DNA of 20,000 nucleotides from an uncultured virus (IMG/VR IMGVR_UViG_3300005083_000010) (lineage: Duplodnaviria > Heunggongvirae > Uroviricota > Caudoviricetes): the IMG/VR virus record IMGVR_UViG_3300005083_000010, one strand, 5' to 3'. The position numbers and the translations under genes were made by a program. The notes under the pieces were generated by a model. The model did not search any database, was not told the origin of the DNA, and saw only the letters and a program-made list of their open reading frames with translations. This document shows, in pieces, positions 1 through 5,573 of the stretch. Position 1 is the first letter of the stretch. The number at the start of each line of letters is the position of its first letter.

Positions 1-93
1 GGTAGTTGATATATCTGCGAGCTTAAGCAACTCCATTTTTTTGACGCCGCGCCGGTTGAGCAAGTCAAAGAGCTTGTAGTATTTGATAGCCAT
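1..93 (-). CDS. XRE/Cro-CI family HTH transcriptional regulator (N-terminal part, runs off the window)
   Basis: Not in the ORF track. Manual translation gives MAIKYYKLFDLLNRRGVKKMELLKLADISTT..., a typical HTH_26-like N-terminus. GGAGG RBS at 106-102. Confidence 0.8.
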   Translation of the reverse strand, partial: MAIKYYKLFDLLNRRGVKKMELLKLADISTT

Positions 94-113
94 GCAATGC
101 ACCTCCTACAAGC

Positions 114-142
114 ATTTTAGCGCAATTAAGTCACTGTGGCAA
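114..142 (-). promoter_or_regulatory. Leftward sigma70/sigmaA promoter for the repressor gene
   Basis: On the - strand: TTGCCA (142-137), 17 nt spacer, TAAAAT (119-114), directly upstream of the RBS. Confidence 0.6.
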
Positions 143-183
143 GAAATATTTATGAAAATTCAGAAATTTTTTTGAAAAAGGTA

Positions 184-212
184 TTGACAAGTTAAACATG
201 TTTACCGATAAT
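184..212 (+). promoter_or_regulatory. Rightward sigma70/sigmaA promoter for the small-ORF operon
   Basis: TTGACA (184-189), 17 nt spacer, GATAAT (207-212). An overlapping TATAAT lies at 212-217 and an A/T-rich UP-like tract lies upstream. Confidence 0.75.
193..204. promoter_or_regulatory. Candidate operator (perfect 12-bp palindrome in the promoter spacer)
   Basis: TAAACATGTTTA is its own reverse complement and sits between -35 and -10, next to a divergent HTH gene. Confidence 0.5.
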
Positions 213-280
213 ATAATTGTGAGAACGCAGAAATAATTATTTAAGCAAATAATAAATTATGAAAGAGAGAGGGAAAGACG

Positions 281-658
281 ATGACAACAACAGAGATAAG
301 GAAAGAACTTGAAACCCGTAAAGACCGGAGCGCATGGAACAAAGGCGTAACGGTATACGCTTTGGAGCTGATAGACAGCTTAGAGGAAAACGACGTCACG
401 GAGCTAACCGGAGCGCCTGCGGACAGGCAGGAAATGTTAAACGGCGCCAAGGACTGGGCGCAATACTCATGGGGAGGCTGTGCGCTTATCTATGATGAGG
501 ACATCGCGACGCGGTTATGCACGGCGTCGGAGCTTAAGCGCACGGCGCACGGCGCACGGCGCCCAAACGCGCGGGAAGAATGGCTTGACGTTCAGGCGCG
601 GGCGTTATATCAGGCGGCATACAGGATTTTATGGTTGGCGAAGGCGGGAGGCAAATGA
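281..658 (+). CDS. Hypothetical phage protein (125 aa)
   Basis: First ORF after the promoter, with a purine-rich RBS (GAGGG) and an ATGA overlap with the next ORF. Confidence 0.8.
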   Translation: MTTTEIRKELETRKDRSAWNKGVTVYALELIDSLEENDVTELTGAPADRQEMLNGAKDWAQYSWGGCALIYDEDIATRLCTASELKRTAHGARRPNAREEWLDVQARALYQAAYRILWLAKAGGK

Positions 659-786
659 CAATTCTTGAAGTGGCGGCGGTACTACTACCGCCGATTGGGT
701 TTACGGTGGCGGCGTTTATAGCCGCGCACGTGATAGTAGAATCGGGTATCAGAAAATATGGCGCGAAAGCGGACAAGGAGGATTAA
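655..786 (+). CDS. Small single-pass membrane protein (43 aa)
   Basis: Not in the ORF track. MTILEVAAVLLPPIGFTVAAFIAAHVIVESGIRKYGAKADKED, with a GGGAGG RBS and ATGA coupling. It fills the gap between its neighbours. Confidence 0.65.
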   Translation: MTILEVAAVLLPPIGFTVAAFIAAHVIVESGIRKYGAKADKED

Positions 787-790
787 GACA

Positions 791-1042
791 ATGGCAACAA
801 CAATGGCAAGGCGCCCGATACCGGCGCCGATAATCGCGGGTTATGACCGCCCGAACGACGGAAAGGCGCGTGAAGTGTTTTACCAACACGCGGAGACAAG
901 CGATGTAACCTACAATCTGGACAAGGCGCTTGCGTGGTATAGCAACGGCGCGTCGGTGCTTGTATGGAATCCGGTTATCGGGATGCCTGTACAAAACACG
1001 GACAGGCGTGAGACGTGGGTACACGAGATAACCTTATATTAA
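791..1042 (+). CDS. Hypothetical protein (83 aa; start revised from 758 to 791)
   Basis: AGGAGG at 776-781 precedes ATG 791. The stop lies immediately before the first ribozyme. Confidence 0.7.
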   Translation: MATTMARRPIPAPIIAGYDRPNDGKAREVFYQHAETSDVTYNLDKALAWYSNGASVLVWNPVIGMPVQNTDRRETWVHEITLY

Positions 1043-1044
1043 GC

Positions 1045-1114
1045 GCCGAAACGGCGGGGAGAAAGCCCGCCGTCTGCGGGAGAGTGGCACTCACCGCACC
1101 GATGAGGCAAGCCA
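1045..1114 (+). ncRNA. Hammerhead ribozyme type II, copy 1 (predicted cleavage after C1074)
   Basis: Elements in order: GCC(1045-47), GAAA, stem III CGGCGGG/CCCGCCG, UC (GUC triplet), stem I UGCGG/CCGCA, core CCGAUGA (1099-1105), GGC (1106-08). Loop I UGGC (1085-88) is complementary to the tail GCCA (1111-14). Confidence 0.85.
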
Positions 1115-1145
1115 AAATAACAATAACATAGGAGGGCTTAAGGAC

Positions 1146-1367
1146 ATGACGATGAGACGAACCCACGCAGTATCATGCGACGGAAACGGTTTATGGTATG
1201 CACACAAGGTAGGTTTTCCGCATATTCCACTTGCCGGCTCATTTAGCCGGCGCCGAGCGGACGCGGAAAAGCTTGCGGCGGCAATGCAGGCGATACCGGT
1301 ACAAGAGTGGCGCAAGCTGCGAGACCAAGCCAAGTACCGGAATATATCAGGAGAGACTTTTAATTAA
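1146..1367 (+). CDS. Hypothetical protein (73 aa) flanked by two hammerheads
   Basis: GGAGG at 1131-1135. The TAA stop abuts ribozyme copy 2. Confidence 0.75.
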   Translation: MTMRRTHAVSCDGNGLWYAHKVGFPHIPLAGSFSRRRADAEKLAAAMQAIPVQEWRKLRDQAKYRNISGETFN

Positions 1368-1438
1368 GCCGAAACGGCGGGAGAGGAAACCCGCCGTCTG
1401 CGGGAGAGTGGCACTCACCGCACCGATGAGGCAAGCCA
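1368..1438 (+). ncRNA. Hammerhead ribozyme type II, copy 2 (predicted cleavage after C1398)
   Basis: Elements in order: GCC, GAAA (1371-74), CGGCGGG/CCCGCCG, UC, UGCGG/CCGCA, CCGAUGA (1423-29), GGC, tail GCCA (1435-38). Confidence 0.85.
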
Positions 1439-1468
1439 AAATAACAATAACATAGGAGGATTAAGACA

Positions 1469-1891
1469 ATGGCAACAACAAAGACATGGCAAGTTACTAT
1501 AGTGGAGACGCTCCGCAAAACGATAATGGTTGAAGCCGCGACGCGGGAGGACGCGCAAGACGCGGTAGAATCCGCGTGGCATGACGGCGACTATGTGTTA
1601 GACGCCGATGATTTCAGCGATGTAGAGTTTTACACGGAGGAAGCGACCGACGACGCGGAGGAAATCGCGGAGACGCGAGCGGAGTTTGCGCGGGAATCCA
1701 AGGCGTCACGGATTGCGCGATTGTACCCTAACGCGACATGGGAAGCGGTTGACAAAGACAAATGCGCAGATTGTGAAAGGTTTTGTTCGAAGCACCGCTT
1801 CCTATACCGCGTTTTTGACGAATACGGGCTTATAGCGGTGTTAACTTCAAATGATTTTGGCTATGTGCCTGTTTGCGAAAGGGAGGATTAA
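1469..1891 (+). CDS. DpnD/PcfM-like domain protein with Cys-containing C-terminal extension
   Basis: The N-terminus WQVTIVETLRKTIMVEAATREDA...AWHDGDYVLDADDFSDVEF matches my recollection of the DpnD-PcfM pattern. Strong RBS. Confidence 0.7.
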   Translation: MATTKTWQVTIVETLRKTIMVEAATREDAQDAVESAWHDGDYVLDADDFSDVEFYTEEATDDAEEIAETRAEFARESKASRIARLYPNATWEAVDKDKCADCERFCSKHRFLYRVFDEYGLIAVLTSNDFGYVPVCERED

Positions 1892-1894
1892 GCT

Positions 1895-2095
1895 ATGACA
1901 ACAACAATAATGCATGTGTGGGCTATACGCCCGCACATGTGGAACAAATGGCAAATCTGTTTTCGCATGGGCGGGCTTGAGCTTTTAGGAGAGGCGCACG
2001 GCGCGACGCGCAAAGAAGCCGTCAAGGACTTACGGCGGCGCGGATACACGGTGCCGCGCGAATTAGAGAGAGAAGGGAGGCGGCAGGCATGTTAA
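1895..2095 (+). CDS. Hypothetical protein (66 aa)
   Basis: GGGAGG RBS at 1881-1886, same start cassette as its neighbours. Confidence 0.65.
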   Translation: MTTTIMHVWAIRPHMWNKWQICFRMGGLELLGEAHGATRKEAVKDLRRRGYTVPRELEREGRRQAC

Positions 2096-2313
2096 ACATA
2101 GCTGTGGTAGTTAAGCGGGTGTCAAATTCCGATTACAGCGGTTATGTAATCGGAAAATTGGAGTACACGACGCCCGATGGGCAATTGTTCCCTTGTACGT
2201 ACACCCGCAGGGAAGGCGACACGGACACAACAGACACTTGGGCGCGTATGCGCCATGAGCTACCCGACGCGTCATGGGACGATGTGGAAATCGGAGATTA
2301 CATCTCCGGTTAA
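2089..2313 (+). CDS. Hypothetical protein (74 aa)
   Basis: GGGAGG RBS about 9 nt upstream. Overlaps the previous stop. Confidence 0.65.
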   Translation: MLNIAVVVKRVSNSDYSGYVIGKLEYTTPDGQLFPCTYTRREGDTDTTDTWARMRHELPDASWDDVEIGDYISG

Positions 2314-2347
2314 AACGGGCAGGACGCCGGACGGCGCGGAGCAGTTT

Positions 2348-2379
2348 AAGCCATTACTCATAGATGGGTAATGGTTTTT
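2348..2379 (+). terminator. Probable intrinsic terminator ending the small-ORF operon
   Basis: Hairpin AAGCCATTACTCA-TAGA-TGGGTAATGGTTT (with G-U pairs) ending in a T5 run. Confidence 0.55.
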
Positions 2380-2439
2380 GCTGTGAATCCGACAAGCGAA
2401 CGACACAAGTTGACACGACAAAGAAGGAGGGAAAACACG

Positions 2440-3024
2440 ATGATTTACGGTTACGCACGGTGCAGCACGAACGAGGACAGGCAGGACATCACGCGGCAGA
2501 CGCGGGAGTTAATGGAGCTTGGAGCGCGGGAGGAAAACATATACTTTGAGTATGAAAGCGGGTGTAAGGTAGAGAGGGCGAGACTTAGCGCACTACTTGC
2601 GGCGGTTAAGCCGGGGGACGTGATAGTTACGACGGAGGTATCACGATTGACGCGCAGCACGCGGCAGCTATGCGACATTATACAGCTTGTGCAGGACAGG
2701 CGGCTAAAGCTGATAATCAAGGGCAGCATAACGGTTGATTGCACCGACGGCAGCATGGACGCCATGACGGCGGCATTCTTGAAGATAGTCGGCGTGTTTA
2801 GCGAGCTTGAGCGCGACATGATTTCAAGCCGAGTGCGTTCAGGGCTAAACAATGCGCGCGCGAAGGGCAGGACATTAGGACGCCCGGCGGCGGTGCGAGC
2901 GGGCGCCGATGAATTTCGCCAGGAGGTAGAGGACGCGCGGAGGGCAGGGCTATCTATGGGCAGTATCGCGAAGGCACGGGGTATAAGCACGGCGACGCTT
3001 TACCGCAAGCTGAAAGAGGCGTAA
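2440..3024 (+). CDS. Small serine recombinase (resolvase/invertase family, 194 aa; start revised to 2440)
   Basis: MIYGYARCST catalytic motif, GDVIVTTEVSRLTRS, ELERDMISSRVRSGL...GRTLGRP and a C-terminal HTH (ARGISTATLYRKL). AAGGAGG RBS. Confidence 0.95.
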   Translation: MIYGYARCSTNEDRQDITRQTRELMELGAREENIYFEYESGCKVERARLSALLAAVKPGDVIVTTEVSRLTRSTRQLCDIIQLVQDRRLKLIIKGSITVDCTDGSMDAMTAAFLKIVGVFSELERDMISSRVRSGLNNARAKGRTLGRPAAVRAGADEFRQEVEDARRAGLSMGSIAKARGISTATLYRKLKEA

Positions 3025-3061
3025 GCCGAACAAACACAAGCAGATACGAACAATTACGAAC

Positions 3062-3090
3062 AAAGGCGCTCCACATCGAGAGCGCCTTTT
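3062..3090. terminator. Bidirectional intrinsic terminator between convergent units
   Basis: AAAGGCGCTC, 8 nt loop, GAGCGCCTTTT, between the recombinase stop (3024) and the last - strand stop (3100). Confidence 0.85.
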
Positions 3091-3099
3091 GCTTGTCGG

Positions 3100-3447
3100 C
3101 TATATCCACGCTTTTACCCGCGCGGAGGGGTTATCCTTGGCGGCGCGCAGGACGTCGGTCAGGAACCGATAGAATCCGCTGATAGTTCCCCAACCGTTCG
3201 GCGCTTCATACTGTTTATATTCCGCAGGGTTTTCATCGAGCAGTTGAACGGCGCGTTCGAGGGGCGCTACGAGGTCGGCGGCGTGAAGGTGATCGCCCGG
3301 GTGCCACAGAATCTCATAGACGCCGAGCGCTTGCGCCATGCCGCCGAGGTTATGGGTAATATTGCGCCAGTACAGTTCAGTACCGTCAACGGTGCCGCCG
3401 CAATGCGGGCATTTTACATCTTCTATTAGATACAGGTCAAGGCTCAT
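3100..3447 (-). CDS. Hypothetical phage protein (115 aa)
   Basis: ATGA coupling to the helicase, AAGGAG RBS, motifs CPHC, NITHNL and PNGWG. Confidence 0.8.
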   Translation of the reverse strand: MSLDLYLIEDVKCPHCGGTVDGTELYWRNITHNLGGMAQALGVYEILWHPGDHLHAADLVAPLERAVQLLDENPAEYKQYEAPNGWGTISGFYRFLTDVLRAAKDNPSARVKAWI

Positions 3448-4898
3448 TGATAGTGCTCCTTTTCGATTTTATACTTTACGGCGTCGAGGATAGACGCTTG
3501 AACGGTGTCTTTACGTTCGAGGACGGCGGCGACAGCTTCATCGACGGTACCGGCGGAAAGCAGCCGATGTATTATTACAGACGGTGCTTGTTGTCCCTGA
3601 CGCCACAACCGCGCGTTTGCTTGCTGATAGTATTCGAGATTGTATGTAAGCCCGTACCAGATGATTGTATGCCCGCCGCCTTGGAGGTTAAGCCCATGCC
3701 CGGCGCTTGCGGGGTGCGCGAGCAGGACGGGTATTTCCCCGGCGTTCCACCGGTCGATTATTTCAGGCGAGCTTGGCAGGGTCTGCGCGGCGATTTCAGC
3801 CAGTATTGCGTCGCGGTCGTGTAGAAATTCATAGAATACCAAAACGGGGCTTAAAACGCTTTCTACGAGGTCACAGAGCATATCAAGCTTGGCGCGGTGC
3901 AGGGTAACGACGTCCCGTGTTTCGGTGTAGGCGCGTCCGTTACAGAATTGTAGGAGCTTATTGACGACACCGGCGGCGCTTCCGGCGGTAATTGTTTCGC
4001 CTTGAAGCTCGAGAAGCGCGGTGCGTTCCATCTTCCTATACGCTTTCATCGCGGCGTCGGGCAGCGTAACGCGGAGGTCATTAACCACACGGTCAGGCAT
4101 TTTGAGCCAATCTTCCGCGCGGAGTGCCACGGTTATATCTGACAACTTGTCCATGATGATTTCCTTGGCGCCCGCGCGGGGCTTATAGGACGCCACGACG
4201 GGATAACCGCCGGTGTACAGTATTTTATCAGGCTCCATATACATTTGCCTGAATCGGGTTATCGAGGTTTCGAGCCGTTCGCCTTTATCGAGCAGATATA
4301 TTTGTCCCCACAATTGTTCTATCGAGTTCGGCGCGGGCGTGCCGGTAAGCTCCACGACTTGGCAAGCCGTATGTTTGACAATGCGCGCGAGGGTTTTAAA
4401 CCACGCGCCCGACGGCGTGCGGAATCCCACAGTTTCATCAAGGATTATGAGGTTGAAGGGAAACACATGTTTGTTATCCCATTGCCATTTACCATGCGAC
4501 AGCTTTTTGGTGTACCGGTCAAACAGCCATTGAATGTTATTCCGACACATAACGGCGATGTCAAAGCCATGCGGCGCGGCGTTGATACCATCGAGGGCGG
4601 CGGCGCGTTCGACGGCGGTGCCGGTCAGCTTCACAAGCCGCAGATACCGCAGATGATTCCATTTGCGCAGTTCGTCTGACCATGTATGCTCTGCTATTGC
4701 TTTCCCCGACAAGACAAGCGCCTTGACGGGCAGGCAATAGTCATAGACAAGGTTATTGACGGCGGTCAGCGTTGCGACGGTTTTACCCAAGCCCATTTCA
4801 GCCCACACCGCGCAGGACGCGCCCGATTCAATCATTTCGGTAATCCGCGCCTGATACGGGTGAGGGGTGTATGCGATTACATTAAGCGTATCAGCCAA
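3444..4898 (-). CDS. SNF2-related (SF2) phage helicase (probable TTG start at 4898)
   Basis: Motif I EMGLGKT, II ILDETV, III LTGTPAPN, V AGHGLNLQ, VI QANARLWRQGQ. AAGGAGG 10 nt before the TTG. Confidence 0.93.
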   Translation of the reverse strand: MADTLNVIAYTPHPYQARITEMIESGASCAVWAEMGLGKTVATLTAVNNLVYDYCLPVKALVLSGKAIAEHTWSDELRKWNHLRYLRLVKLTGTAVERAAALDGINAAPHGFDIAVMCRNNIQWLFDRYTKKLSHGKWQWDNKHVFPFNLIILDETVGFRTPSGAWFKTLARIVKHTACQVVELTGTPAPNSIEQLWGQIYLLDKGERLETSITRFRQMYMEPDKILYTGGYPVVASYKPRAGAKEIIMDKLSDITVALRAEDWLKMPDRVVNDLRVTLPDAAMKAYRKMERTALLELQGETITAGSAAGVVNKLLQFCNGRAYTETRDVVTLHRAKLDMLCDLVESVLSPVLVFYEFLHDRDAILAEIAAQTLPSSPEIIDRWNAGEIPVLLAHPASAGHGLNLQGGGHTIIWYGLTYNLEYYQQANARLWRQGQQAPSVIIHRLLSAGTVDEAVAAVLERKDTVQASILDAVKYKIEKEHYQ

Positions 4899-5152
4899 TC
4901 GTTGGCGTCCTCCTTGCTCCATATTTCGACATAGCGGTAATGCCGTTCTTTGAGCCACAGTTTCCAAGCCTTTTGCCGCTCCGACATAACGCCGCCGGGG
5001 CGTTTAAACTCGACGAACCAAACCGCGCCGTCGTCACACAGCGCGAGCCGGTCGGGAATACCGGTATTGCCGGGGCTAATCAGTTTTATCATTCGCAGTC
5101 CCTTCTTCTCGAGCTTCTGCTTCACATATTTCTCGATGTCCTTCTCCAACAT
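4877..5152 (-). CDS. VRR-NUC domain nuclease (91 aa; start revised to 5152)
   Basis: MLEKDIE...GIPDRL...FVEFKRPGG..S..Q is the PD-(D/E)xK VRR-NUC pattern. GGAGG RBS. Canonical position beside the SNF2 helicase. Confidence 0.9.
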   Translation of the reverse strand: MLEKDIEKYVKQKLEKKGLRMIKLISPGNTGIPDRLALCDDGAVWFVEFKRPGGVMSERQKAWKLWLKERHYRYVEIWSKEDANDWLIRLM

Positions 5153-5573
5153 GTTTTTCCGCCTCCGGTTTAAACGATTCACGGCGCAAATGCCGTGCAT
5201 ATTCTTCATCATTGTGTTTTTTCTCGTCGCGCGAGCGCTTGTATAATTCAACTTCTTCTCGAGCTTTACGGTTTGTGTACCGTTTAAAGCATTCGGACTT
5301 ATCTGACATCTTGAATATCCAATTAAGCGCGTCGCGGTCTTTAGGTATGTATCCGCTCCACAGCATAGCGCCTTTAAACTCACCGTTTGACACATAAAAC
5401 CCGCCTATATCGCCGCTAAAAATGTGTTTCAAGCCGTAACTTGTGTATTTTGTGTAATACCTTTTTTGTGGTGTTATTTTTTCAGCAATCCATTTAAGCA
5501 GCACCTTTTTATCATCTTCTGACAGTTCATAAAACCGTTCCGGCTCGTCACCGGCTGTTCGATACTTCGACAC
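5076..5573 (-). CDS. Hypothetical protein (probable GTG start at 5573)
   Basis: AAGGAGG RBS before the GTG. Contains TSYGLKH...YVSNGEFKGAM, a motif I recall from mobile-element proteins. Confidence 0.7.
   Translation of the reverse strand: MSKYRTAGDEPERFYELSEDDKKVLLKWIAEKITPQKRYYTKYTSYGLKHIFSGDIGGFYVSNGEFKGAMLWSGYIPKDRDALNWIFKMSDKSECFKRYTNRKAREEVELYKRSRDEKKHNDEEYARHLRRESFKPEAEKHVGEGHREICEAEAREEGTANDKTD

Larger units (their letters stand above)
1045..1459 (+). repeat. Direct repeat pair of about 91 bp (1045-1135 and 1368-1459): ribozyme, A-rich leader and RBS
   Basis: 70 bp are identical (1066-1135 = 1390-1459). The copies differ only in the stem III loop (GAGAAAG vs AGAGGAAA). Confidence 0.95.

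Noticed and set aside
1231..1455. ORFs 1231..1455 (+), 975..1166 (-) and 1091..1333 (-)
   Set aside because: They run through the ribozyme repeats, lack RBSs and conflict with better-supported genes.
1045..1459. Direct repeats as a CRISPR array or as simple terminators
   Set aside because: There are only two ~91-bp copies separated by a full ORF, with no U-tract after the hairpins. The hammerhead fold explains them.
2308..2352. Possible third ribozyme or antiterminator upstream of the 2348 hairpin
   Set aside because: Only a 4-bp hairpin (CGCC/GGCG) and a weak outer helix. No hammerhead, twister, pistol or HDV core recognised.
3022..3035. TAAGCCGAA after the recombinase stop, resembling the start of hammerhead copy 2
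   Set aside because: No stem III, GUC site or CYGAUGA core follows, so it is at most a remnant or chance match.
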